Below, piece after piece: positions 1 through 8,395 of a stretch of DNA of 21,553 nt. The DNA comes from Thermoproteota archaeon (GTDB lineage: Archaea > Thermoproteota > Thermoprotei > Gearchaeales > Gearchaeaceae): positions 1-21,553 of the forward strand of contig JAVVGB010000016.1 in the NCBI GenBank assembly GCA_032249315.1, in the 5' to 3' direction. The translations under genes and the position numbers were made by a program. Under the pieces are notes generated by a model. It ran no database searches and was not told the DNA's origin. It saw nothing but the letters and a program-made list of their open reading frames with translations. The first letter of the stretch is position 1. Each line of letters begins with the position of its first letter.

Positions 1-1401
1 TTTGTTTTAATTTTCGGAACAGTTATTGTTTCTTTTTTAAATATCTGGAAAAAATACATTGTTGCCAAAGCAATCTCTTATTTATCTCTTTTAATTTCTC
101 TTTTGTTAACTTGGTATTTCCTTTCTTACATTTCTTACTATGACAAACTATTTCTGTTTAATGCCACAACAATAATTATTGACAAATTTTCTCTATTAAT
201 TTGGTTAGCTATTTTAATTGGTGGTATTGTAGCCTTAGCTTCCATGCATGAAGAATTGTTAAAAAGGGAAGCGCAACCTTTGCTTTTATTATCAGTAGCA
301 TCAGGTCTTATGGTAATTTCTTCGAGAGACTTGTTAATATTATTTGTAGCCTTAGAAGCTACAGTTTTTCCTACTTATGCATTGGTAGCTCAATTTAAAA
401 AAGATGTAATTGCAGCAGAGGCTACTGTAAAATATTTTGTATTTGGAATTTTATCTACGCTTCTATTTGGATATGGAATTGCTTTAATTTATGGTGCAGT
501 AGGTTCAACATTATTTATAGAAATAGATAATTTCATTCGTATTGAAGAATCTTCTAATTTTATCATTTTAGGTTTTATTTTAATTATTTTATCTTTAGCT
601 ATAAAAGCTACATTGTTTCCCTTACATGTATGGGCTATAGATACTTATCAAGGTTCTCCTACGAGTATTTCAGCTTATCTTTCTTCTTCTTCAAAAATAA
701 TAGGGATAGCTGCTATAGCTTTATTATTAACAGGACCTTTTTACAAGCTTTATCATGTTCCAGGCTTTGAGTTAAGGTATATAATGAGTATTTTAGCTGT
801 AGCTACAATGGTTTTACCTAATATCGCTGGTTTAGTTCAAAGGAATATTAAAAGATTGCTTGCTTATTCTTCAGTAGCTCATTCAGGCTATATGGCTCTT
901 GTTTTCGTTTTTCCAGAAGTTGCTTTACAATATTTAGCATATTATTTAATAACATACAGTATAGCTAAGTCGGTTAGTTTCTTGATAACTAATTTGATAA
1001 CTGGCGAGGGGAGTTATAGTCCTTACGATGCTTTGAGAGGTTTATTCAAATACAAAAAAACTTCTTTAGCTGCAACTGCTTTTGCAATATCTTTACTTTC
1101 ATTAGCAGGTATTCCTCCTTTTGCTGGATTTATGGCTAAGCTTTTAATTTTCCTTTATGTTGCCTCTACAGGTAATTTAGGTATAGCTTTAGCGTTAATT
1201 GCATTAATAATGAGCGCAGTTTCAGTTTACTATTATGTTTATCTAATTCGATTGGGAACTTTACCTATAACGAATGGTGGCAACATAACTTTTGTTTCAA
1301 GAGGGGATGCTAATTTTATAATGGTAATTTCTATCTTATTGCTACTAATTCTTACTTTTTATCCTAATTTATTTATTATAGAAAGATTTCCAATTATTTA
1401 A
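1..1401 (+). CDS. nuoN: NADH-quinone oxidoreductase / F420H2 dehydrogenase subunit N-like (proton-translocating antiporter-like membrane subunit), 5'-truncated by the window edge
   Basis: The frame is open from base 1, upstream of the track's TTG start at 103 (FVLIFGTVIVSFLNIWKKYIVAKAISYLSLLISLL...). It is a multi-TM protein with characteristic segments: ATLFPLHVWAIDTYQGSPTSISAYLSSSSKIIG, RLLAYSSVAHSGY and LAGIPPFAGFMAKL. Stop at 1399-1401. Confidence 0.9.
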   Translation, partial: FVLIFGTVIVSFLNIWKKYIVAKAISYLSLLISLLLTWYFLSYISYYDKLFLFNATTIIIDKFSLLIWLAILIGGIVALASMHEELLKREAQPLLLLSVASGLMVISSRDLLILFVALEATVFPTYALVAQFKKDVIAAEATVKYFVFGILSTLLFGYGIALIYGAVGSTLFIEIDNFIRIEESSNFIILGFILIILSLAIKATLFPLHVWAIDTYQGSPTSISAYLSSSSKIIGIAAIALLLTGPFYKLYHVPGFELRYIMSILAVATMVLPNIAGLVQRNIKRLLAYSSVAHSGYMALVFVFPEVALQYLAYYLITYSIAKSVSFLITNLITGEGSYSPYDALRGLFKYKKTSLAATAFAISLLSLAGIPPFAGFMAKLLIFLYVASTGNLGIALALIALIMSAVSVYYYVYLIRLGTLPITNGGNITFVSRGDANFIMVISILLLLILTFYPNLFIIERFPII

Positions 1402-1509
1402 CGATCAGGCTCTAAATCTCTTTAAAACTTATTTCTTTGTTATCATTATCAGTTTCAAAATAATTATATATATTTTGATAGATTAAATTAAATTTACTCT
1501 TATATTATT

Positions 1510-2424
1510 TTAATAATAAATTGTTAAATCACAAATATCAATGATTAAATTTAAAATATTTTTTAAGCTAAATAAAAATTCTGAAGGTATATCCTTTATT
1601 GAATTTAATCTATAAAACAGAAAGTTTATCCTTTCTTTTATTTCTTCAACACTTTTCTTATTTAAGAAACGAATTATTGCTCTTTCCTGAATTTCTTGTA
1701 TTTCTTCTGTAATTTTTTTCAATGTTTGCAATGTTCCTTTTCCTATTTTATTATTTAATAAATATTCAGCAATTTTTACACTCTCATCTCCTATTTTTTC
1801 AAGTATTAATCCTGCGATTCTTAAATCAAGACAATCAGTATAAGTTAAATTTAATTTATTAAGAATAGTTTCATTTTGCAATAAGCTTCTTATTTGTCTT
1901 ACCATAAGGAAATATAATCGATCAACCTCGTTATCTCTATCTATCACCTGTTTAATAAGTGTTTCATCTTCTTCATAAAAACCCTTAATAATTTCAACAT
2001 ACATTGTAGAAGTAATTGCATTAAGCCTTAATAAAAGCTTGATAGGATTTATTGAAGCATCGTTTATTAAATTATGAAGAGTAATAGAATTCATTGTTTC
2101 TTCAACGATTTCTAATCCAATTAAATTCTTTGCGGTGTTTAAAATTTTTTGTCTCTCTTCTTCAGTAAATTTTTGATCTGAAATAACATTAATTGTATGA
2201 TAGCCCAGTAAATAATAACTAAGAATTCTTCTATCTATATACTTATCAAATTTTATGTTTACAGTTTTCTCTTCTGGAAGCTTGTTAGAATAAATTAAAA
2301 TATTTCCATCATGCCTAATGGTTAGTAATATTTCTTCTCCTTTTTTTAGTTTATTCTCTTCAACCCATTTTGTAGGGATCGCTACATAATATGTATTACC
2401 TATTTTTTGCAGTTTTCTCAACAT
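1510..2424 (-). CDS. AbrB/SpoVT N-terminal domain plus PhoU-like domain protein (archaeal phosphate uptake/signalling regulator-like)
   Basis: The N-terminus MLRKLQKIGNTYYVAIPTKWVEENKLKKGEEILLTIRHDGNILIY is a classic AbrB-type swapped-hairpin DNA-binding domain. It is followed by an all-helical PhoU-like region. Confidence 0.8.
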   Translation of the reverse strand: MLRKLQKIGNTYYVAIPTKWVEENKLKKGEEILLTIRHDGNILIYSNKLPEEKTVNIKFDKYIDRRILSYYLLGYHTINVISDQKFTEEERQKILNTAKNLIGLEIVEETMNSITLHNLINDASINPIKLLLRLNAITSTMYVEIIKGFYEEDETLIKQVIDRDNEVDRLYFLMVRQIRSLLQNETILNKLNLTYTDCLDLRIAGLILEKIGDESVKIAEYLLNNKIGKGTLQTLKKITEEIQEIQERAIIRFLNKKSVEEIKERINFLFYRLNSIKDIPSEFLFSLKNILNLIIDICDLTIYY

Positions 2425-2514
2425 ACATTTTAATTATTTAAAGTTTTTAATATGATTAAATCTCGAGTCATCAGATTAATTAATTAAATTAAACGTTGTC
2501 ATTGGAAGGTAATA

Positions 2515-2523
2515 TTTATAAAT
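2515..2523 (+). promoter_or_regulatory. Putative archaeal TATA box for xerA-like gene
   Basis: TTTATAAAT centred about 28 nt upstream of the ATG at 2547, fitting a near-leaderless transcript. Confidence 0.5.
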
Positions 2524-2546
2524 TATAACTATTAAGTTTTTTTGCA

Positions 2547-3362
2547 ATGGAATTACCAGATTCAGCTTTAGAATTCCTTTTTACTTTAGTTGGTAAAAGT
2601 AAAAATACTAAAAAAGTTTACGAAACTATTCTAAGAAAATTCTTTAATTATGTTAATAAAACTGAAATAAACGAAATAGATGTAATAAAATTTCTTAATT
2701 TTCTTGAAAATAAAGGTTATAAAGTTTCTTCATTAAGAATTTATGCAATAGTTTTAAGAAGATATTTAAAATTTTTATCCAAAAATTATAAAAAAGTTGT
2801 TTTGCCTTCTTTAAGAAATGAGCAAAAGAATATATATATTAAAAAAGAAGACCTTAGACGATTTATTGAATCTTTTGAAGATGTAAGAGATAAATTATTA
2901 GTTAGGTTCATTTTATTAACTGGATGTCGTGTTGGAGAAGTTGCTAATTTACATATTGAAGATATAGATTTTGATAAAAGAATAATAAAAATTGTAGATC
3001 ATGGTAAATATGAAATTAAAAAACCTAGAATTATTCCTATAGATTCAGAAACATTAAAAATGTTAAAGGAATTTATTGGTGATCGAAAAAGCGGTCCTGT
3101 TTTTAATATAGGTCCAAGAGCTATTCAGAAAATAATTAAAAAAGGAGCATTAAAATCTGGAATTCCTTATGCTAATTTAATTACACCACATAAACTTAGA
3201 CATACGATGGCAATCTACTTTATAACAGAAGGAGGAGATATAAGGAGTTTACAAAGAATTTTAGGTCATAATAGTTTAAGAACAACTGAAATATATTTAG
3301 ACTATGATTTATCAGATTTAATTAAAGTTTATGATAGAGTAGCTGAAAGATTAAAATTTTGA
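2547..3362 (+). CDS. xerA: Tyrosine recombinase/integrase, XerA-like (271 aa)
   Basis: N-terminal SAM-like core-binding domain. Catalytic motifs are present: R in LTGCRVGEV, K in DHGKYEIKK, HKLRHT, LGHNSLRTTEIYLDY. Confidence 0.85.
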   Translation: MELPDSALEFLFTLVGKSKNTKKVYETILRKFFNYVNKTEINEIDVIKFLNFLENKGYKVSSLRIYAIVLRRYLKFLSKNYKKVVLPSLRNEQKNIYIKKEDLRRFIESFEDVRDKLLVRFILLTGCRVGEVANLHIEDIDFDKRIIKIVDHGKYEIKKPRIIPIDSETLKMLKEFIGDRKSGPVFNIGPRAIQKIIKKGALKSGIPYANLITPHKLRHTMAIYFITEGGDIRSLQRILGHNSLRTTEIYLDYDLSDLIKVYDRVAERLKF

Positions 3363-3380
3363 TTACGATAAAAAAGAAAT

Positions 3381-3391
3381 CTTTTTAAATA
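3381..3391 (+). promoter_or_regulatory. Putative TATA box for the lipoate-ligase-like gene
   Basis: CTTTTTAAATA about 25 nt upstream of the ATG at 3411. Confidence 0.45.
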
Positions 3392-3410
3392 CATTTTAAA
3401 AGTCTTTTCA

Positions 3411-4436
3411 ATGGATAAATGGAGATTTCTTAGTGAAACAGGAGATGTCGGTTATTACTTAGCTGTTACAGAAGTGCTTTTAAGGAGTGTAGAAAATGAA
3501 AGATCTTTAAATACTGTAAGAGTATTTCAATGTAATCCTAATGCAGTAATAATAGGAATCCAACATGACCCTTCATATATTTTAAACATTCAAGCATTAA
3601 GAGAAATGCGTTTTAATATTGGTAGAAGATTGACCGGAGGGCCTCCTTTACTTTTTACCGATAAACAATTTGCAATTCAATTTTTTGTATTCGATGAAAG
3701 ACCTTCAAAGGATGAAATGAGAAGAAAATTAATAAACTCTTTTTTAAGAGCTTTAGAAGAACAAGGTATAAAGGCTTATTTTGAAGAGCCTTATAAGTTG
3801 CTTTACAATAAAAAAATGCTAGGATATGTAGATACAATGAGACTAAATCATTCCTTATGCTTAACTTTTTACATTAATGTTGAAAATGATGATGAATACA
3901 GAAAACGAATTTTCTCTGGATTAAATTATGTTCCTTCCATATTTAGTTTTACCACAAATATCAAAAATGAACTTGGGGAATTTTCTAAAACTTCTTTAAT
4001 AGAAGGAGTAAAATCACAGATTAAAAAGGATTTTAGTATTAATTTTACTAATTCAGCTTTAACTCCATATGAAAATCTTTTATTAAAGTCTCATGTTGAA
4101 AAACATACAATGAGTGAGTGGATATATGGTTATAGAAATGTAAGAAGCTTTCTTTCTGGAAATGTTAAGAGTGTAACTATAAATACAAAAGAAGGATATT
4201 TAACGGTAATAGCTTCATCTAACAGAGGATTAATTACGAATGTTTATATTACAGGTGATTTTTACATTTATCCTCCTGAAGCACTTAATGCACTTGAAAC
4301 TTCCTTGCAATTTGCTCCTGCAGATGATAAATATATTCAAGATTGTATAGAAAGATACATTAAACTTGGAAAAGTAAAGCTTTATGGGATAGATACCAAC
4401 GATTTAGTGGAAGGTATTAAGAGAGCTGTTATTTAA
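3411..4436 (+). CDS. Divergent lipoate/octanoate protein ligase (LplA/BPL-fold) family protein with C-terminal accessory domain
   Basis: NPNAVIIGIQHD..., then GRRLTGGPPLLFTDKQFAIQFFV aligns with the RRxSGGGAVxHD region of LplA. The motif NKKMLGYVDTMRLNHSLCLTFYINV aligns with the catalytic-Lys KKxxGxAQ region. The C-terminal ~90 aa resemble the LplA/LplB accessory domain. Confidence 0.68.
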   Translation: MDKWRFLSETGDVGYYLAVTEVLLRSVENERSLNTVRVFQCNPNAVIIGIQHDPSYILNIQALREMRFNIGRRLTGGPPLLFTDKQFAIQFFVFDERPSKDEMRRKLINSFLRALEEQGIKAYFEEPYKLLYNKKMLGYVDTMRLNHSLCLTFYINVENDDEYRKRIFSGLNYVPSIFSFTTNIKNELGEFSKTSLIEGVKSQIKKDFSINFTNSALTPYENLLLKSHVEKHTMSEWIYGYRNVRSFLSGNVKSVTINTKEGYLTVIASSNRGLITNVYITGDFYIYPPEALNALETSLQFAPADDKYIQDCIERYIKLGKVKLYGIDTNDLVEGIKRAVI

Positions 4437-5121
4437 TAATTTCTGATAAATTTTTCGCAGTTTTTGTTGCTAATTCATGGGCTTTTAATAAAGGATAAAG
4501 ATAACAATTTTGAATGCATTTAAAAAATACTTTTATACAAGAATCTAAATCTATTAAATTTCCTACGCTAATATAGTAATCTTTATTGCAGACCTTAATT
4601 ACCTTTCCTAAAATTTCGTTTTCATGTGTAACATCTCCTAAATTTTCGTTAATCCATTTAATGTTTCCTATCAATTTCTTTTTAGCAACACCTACTGTGG
4701 GTTTTTCGATTAAATATCCTACATAGCATGCCAAACCTGCTTTATAAGGATGAAGTTTACCATGACCGTCTATTAAATAAACATCAGCGCGATATTTTGA
4801 CTCTTTAATTAATTTAACCATATGCGGGCCTTCTCTTAAAAATAATAAGGTAGGAATATAAGGAAAATTAACTGTATTTATTTTTACTTTCTCTTCTATT
4901 ATTTTATGATTAATTACATCGTAGGTTATCATTGCGGTTACTATTTTATTAGAAAAATAAGAACAATCCAAGGCAGCTACAGTTTGAAAATCCATCAATT
5001 TTTCTTCTTTAATCTTGGATGCAATGAATGTTTGAATCTCTCTTGCTTTTTTAATATCACTCTTGAATTTGTTAATTATTTCTTCTATATTCTCCAAATA
5101 TTCATGCGAAAATTCTTTCAT
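4429..5121 (-). CDS. nfi: Endonuclease V (deoxyinosine 3' endonuclease)
   Basis: Conserved blocks: VAALDCSYF, FPYIPTLLFLREGPHM, VYLIDGHGKLHPYKAGLACYVGYLIEKPTVGVAKKKLIG. These retain the Asp/Tyr/Glu/Asp/His/Lys positions of EndoV. Confidence 0.9.
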   Translation of the reverse strand: MKEFSHEYLENIEEIINKFKSDIKKAREIQTFIASKIKEEKLMDFQTVAALDCSYFSNKIVTAMITYDVINHKIIEEKVKINTVNFPYIPTLLFLREGPHMVKLIKESKYRADVYLIDGHGKLHPYKAGLACYVGYLIEKPTVGVAKKKLIGNIKWINENLGDVTHENEILGKVIKVCNKDYYISVGNLIDLDSCIKVFFKCIQNCYLYPLLKAHELATKTAKNLSEIIK

Positions 5122-5210
5122 TTGTATTTCAAAACTAATGTAGTTTAATTAAATAAAATAATTGATTGAATAATTAATTTAAAATAATTTGTTTTTCTTA
5201 CAGTAAATAG

Positions 5211-5225
5211 TTATATTTTAAATAG
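5211..5225 (+). promoter_or_regulatory. Putative TATA region for the MBL-fold gene
   Basis: TTATATTTTAAATAG centred about 28 nt upstream of the ATG at 5246. Confidence 0.45.
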
Positions 5226-5245
5226 TTTATCTTATTTTATTTGAT

Positions 5246-5863
5246 ATGGAAATCTTTAAACTTGTAGTACCACCTTTAGATAACAATGTATACGTAGTTT
5301 ATGATAAAGAAACAAAAGAAGGTTATATAATAGATGTTGGATTAGGAGCAAACGAATTGGCTTCCTATGTAAAATCTCATGAAATAAAAATCCTAGGAAT
5401 CTTATTAACTCATGCACATATAGACCATACTGCACATGCTTTTTTAGTAAAAAAGCTAATCGGTTCTAAAGTCATGATACATTATGAAGATTATAATTTA
5501 CTTAAGGAATTCTTTTCCAGAGACTATCCTTATATTGATGAAAAATTAGAATATGAAGAACCAGATTATTTGTTTAAAGATGGAGAAGAATTCAAATTTG
5601 GAAAGTATAGTTTAATTGTTATAGAAACACCGGGACATACACCTGGTTCTGTATGTTTTTATGAAAAAAATGAAAAAGTATTATTTTCAGGTGATACTTT
5701 ATTTGCTGGTACTTATGGAAGAGTAGATTTTCCTTACAGTGATGAAAATAAAATGATGGAAAGTTTAAGAAAACTTGCAAGATTACCTAAGGAAGTTAAA
5801 GTATATCCTGGTCATTATGAAGAAACTAAGATAGAATATGAATATTGGTTGCTAGAGATTTAA
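5246..5863 (+). CDS. MBL-fold metallo-hydrolase (glyoxalase II-like)
   Basis: THAHIDHTAHA (HxHxDH), ETPGHTPGSVCFY, FSGDTLFAGTYGRVDFPYSD, VYPGHYEET. Confidence 0.9.
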   Translation: MEIFKLVVPPLDNNVYVVYDKETKEGYIIDVGLGANELASYVKSHEIKILGILLTHAHIDHTAHAFLVKKLIGSKVMIHYEDYNLLKEFFSRDYPYIDEKLEYEEPDYLFKDGEEFKFGKYSLIVIETPGHTPGSVCFYEKNEKVLFSGDTLFAGTYGRVDFPYSDENKMMESLRKLARLPKEVKVYPGHYEETKIEYEYWLLEI

Positions 5864-6257
5864 GATCTCTTCCAACATAGTATAAATGAGATTTGCATTT
5901 GCAATCACTGCATCCAAATCTATTTATATATTTGAACTTATTGTTATAAAGTGTATTTGATATATCACATTCATTTTTGTTTAATAATAAAATAAAACCT
6001 ATTATAATTATGTTTTTATTTATAATTAAATAATCTATATGCCAATGTTTTCTTTTTATTTTATTTAAATATCTTAAAATTCTTGATTTATATGTTTTCT
6101 TTGCAGAGCCTATATATAAATAGTAGCCTTTTTTAAAGGTAATTTCTCCTATTTTTCCTATATTAGCTTTAAATTTTTTCTTAATTTTTATAATTAAAAT
6201 GTATGATCCTTTTAATTTTAAAATATTATTAAAGTTATTTAAATAACCATTTTTCAT
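5826..6257 (-). CDS. DUF123 / GIY-YIG-like small protein
   Basis: GSYILIIKI...IGKIGEITFKKGYYLYIGSAKKTYKSRILRYLNKIKRKHWHIDYL...NECDIS...RFGCSDCKCKSHLYYV matches the DUF123 pattern I know (GYYxYxGSA, RIxRH, HWHIDYL, FGCSDCxCxSHL). Confidence 0.8.
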   Translation of the reverse strand: MKNGYLNNFNNILKLKGSYILIIKIKKKFKANIGKIGEITFKKGYYLYIGSAKKTYKSRILRYLNKIKRKHWHIDYLIINKNIIIIGFILLLNKNECDISNTLYNNKFKYINRFGCSDCKCKSHLYYVGRDLKSLATNIHILS

Positions 6258-6993
6258 ATGGCATATTTAACTTACTTGCATCTTCATCTTCGTTTGTTAA
6301 TATATTTAATCCTCGAATTATTGCAACAGGTATTCCCTCATCTCCTTGTCCCATAATTAATTCAGCTGCAGAAGCCAATTCATCAGCTATAGCAATATTT
6401 TTTACTTGTAAAATATATCCTGATCTATCAGCTTTTCCTCTATAATCTTTAAAGATTTTAACTCCAGAGACTCCTATAGCTAAGTTTATTTGGCCTTCTC
6501 TTAAAGGTCTACCGTAAGTATCTGAAATTATTATGCCTACTTTTTTACCTGTTCTTTTTTCAATTTCATTTCTTATAATTCTTGCACTTTTATTAGGGTC
6601 TTCAGGTAATAAAGTAACATATTCTCCTCCTTTTACATTAGATCTATCTATACCTGCATTTGCGCAAACAATGCCATGTTTAGTTTCAACGATCAAATGT
6701 CCAGCTTTTGCTTTAACAATTCTCCTAGATTCTCTTAATACTAGCTCAACAAATCTTGGGTCTTTTTGAGTAATTTTAGATAATATTATGGCTTTTTGTG
6801 AAGGTATAACATTATTTAAATTAACTATTTTGCCTTCCCATTTTGAAATTATCTTTTGGGAAATAACAATAATATCATTATCTTGAAGTTCTATATTTTC
6901 AGATTTTATTCCGTCTAAAATTAGTCCTACAAGGTCATCGTTTTCTTTAATTTCTGGTAAACCTTCAATTCCTATAATTTCGACTTTTTTCAT
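6235..6993 (-). CDS. cofE: Coenzyme F420-0:L-glutamate ligase
   Basis: EIIGIEGLPEIKENDDLVGLI...DIIVISQKIISKWEGKIV...VELVLRESRRIVKAKAGHLIVETKHGIVCANAGIDRSNV...IISDTYGRPLREGQINLAIGVSGV. Diagnostic CofE motifs. Confidence 0.95.
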   Translation of the reverse strand: MKKVEIIGIEGLPEIKENDDLVGLILDGIKSENIELQDNDIIVISQKIISKWEGKIVNLNNVIPSQKAIILSKITQKDPRFVELVLRESRRIVKAKAGHLIVETKHGIVCANAGIDRSNVKGGEYVTLLPEDPNKSARIIRNEIEKRTGKKVGIIISDTYGRPLREGQINLAIGVSGVKIFKDYRGKADRSGYILQVKNIAIADELASAAELIMGQGDEGIPVAIIRGLNILTNEDEDASKLNMPYEKWLFK

Positions 6994-6996
6994 TTT

Positions 6997-7650
6997 TTAA
7001 TTATTTGCTAATTCTTTTATGTATTTAATGCTTTTTTTGTTGGAATTTAAAGTTTTAAAATATTTAAACCGAATAATATCATCTAAATCTAAACATATTC
7101 TTTCATTACTATAAATGGTTACGTTATAATTATTATCTAAGGCATTTTTCAAATGTAATAAAAAACTAGTTTTTCCTTCGCCAAATTCTAAATTAATTTT
7201 AACATAATTTCTAAGCATTAGAATATTTGTGCCTCCGTCACAAGAAGGTCCTAATATAATTTCATAGTTTTCTATAAGTTTTCCCAGATTACTAATGTCT
7301 ATAGGTTCGATTAAAGGTAAATCTGAAGGAATTACTAGTGTAGCATCGTTTTCTTCTTTTCTCAAATAGTCTAATGCAAATTCTAAAGCTTTATTTAATT
7401 CTTCTTTATTAATCAAAATTTCAATTTCTTTATATTTTTTAAATTCGCTTAAATCATCATAGCTTACTAGATATATTTTATTTATCGATTGAGATGAAAT
7501 ACAGCTCTCTAATATATCTTCAAGCATTAACAAAGTAAGGGTTATTCGAGAATTTTCATCTAAATATTTTATTAATCTACTTTTTGTCTCATTTAACTTT
7601 TTTATAGGAATTAAGATGTTAATTTTCATTTTATCATGTTCTCTCCACAT
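6997..7650 (-). CDS. cofC: 2-phospho-L-lactate guanylyltransferase (start may instead be the ATG at 7629)
   Basis: MKINILIPIKKLNETKSRLI...LLMLEDILES...VIPSDLPLIEP...ILGPSCDGGTNILML...FGEGKTSFLLHLKNA. Located between cofE and the cofD-linked TIM-barrel gene. Confidence 0.9.
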   Translation of the reverse strand: MWREHDKMKINILIPIKKLNETKSRLIKYLDENSRITLTLLMLEDILESCISSQSINKIYLVSYDDLSEFKKYKEIEILINKEELNKALEFALDYLRKEENDATLVIPSDLPLIEPIDISNLGKLIENYEIILGPSCDGGTNILMLRNYVKINLEFGEGKTSFLLHLKNALDNNYNVTIYSNERICLDLDDIIRFKYFKTLNSNKKSIKYIKELANN

Positions 7651-8395
7651 TAAAGTGTTCTATTATTGTTTTTAATTTGTTTACATCTTCTATAGCTAGC
7701 CTTCCTATTGATATATAGTCGCTACCTCTCCTTAAAAATAAGTTAGCTGTGTCAATATCACGAATGGAATTTCCGCCTATTATGGTAATATCTTTGTTTT
7801 GATTCCTTATTCTTTCTATGACATTTATATCAGGTAAATTTAAATAAGGATGCATAGCATCTATATGAAATATTTTTACCCCAATTTCTTTGAATAATTT
7901 AACTAATCTGAGTTCATTAGTAACATTGGCTCTAAATTTGATAATTAAAGGAATATTAACTTTGTCTAAATGTTTTTCCAGCCAGTCTAATAATAATGCA
8001 GGATAAAATGCAAAATATTGCCCCCCTCCCCTTAAAATTATCTCGGGCTGTCTACAATGAAGATTTAATTCAATAATATCTCCATATTTATTAGATATCT
8101 CAATTGCTCTTAATAATCCTTCTTCTGTAGCAAATCTTGCGTTTATTATAACAGGGGCTAAACCTTCTATTATCTTTACCTCATTCTCTATATATTCTTC
8201 TAATTTATTCAGCTCTATTACAAATTCTTTTCTTCCTCTTTTAACCATTAACATAGAAGCTTCCATTGTTTCTCTATCAAAATCTATTCCTCCTAAGGTA
8301 ACAGCTCCTGCACCTAATTCTGCAACCTTTCTACAGAATTTTCCATCTGTTATCCCTCCTAACGCAGCCAATATAACCTTGTTTTTTAATCTCAT
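7634..8395 (-). CDS. TIM-barrel protein of the DHOD/Dus-related archaeal type, in the F420 cluster
   Basis: GGITDGKFCRKVAELGAGAVTLGGIDFD...DIIELNLHCRQPEIILRGGGQYFAFYP...PLIIKFRANV...ITIIGGNSIRDIDTANLFLRRGSDYISIGRLAI. FMN-type (beta/alpha)8 barrel character. The start overlaps the cofD stop (TAATG). Confidence 0.75.
   Translation of the reverse strand: MRLKNKVILAALGGITDGKFCRKVAELGAGAVTLGGIDFDRETMEASMLMVKRGRKEFVIELNKLEEYIENEVKIIEGLAPVIINARFATEEGLLRAIEISNKYGDIIELNLHCRQPEIILRGGGQYFAFYPALLLDWLEKHLDKVNIPLIIKFRANVTNELRLVKLFKEIGVKIFHIDAMHPYLNLPDINVIERIRNQNKDITIIGGNSIRDIDTANLFLRRGSDYISIGRLAIEDVNKLKTIIEHFNVERT

Noticed and set aside
103-1401. TTG at 103 as the true start of the nuoN-like gene
   Set aside because: The same frame is open to base 1 with hydrophobic antiporter-like sequence, so the gene is better read as truncated by the window edge.
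2425-2546. Possible att/dif-like inverted repeat (ATTAAATCT...AGATTAAT) beside the recombinase
   Set aside because: Imperfect, short and in AT-rich promoter DNA, so chance is a sufficient explanation.
3655-3837. Minus-strand 60-aa ORF
   Set aside because: Antisense to the lipoate-ligase-like gene, low complexity, no motif.
4906-5148. Plus-strand 80-aa ORF
   Set aside because: Antisense to endonuclease V; no protein-like motif.
6533-6769. Plus-strand 78-aa ORF
   Set aside because: Antisense to cofE; shadow ORF.
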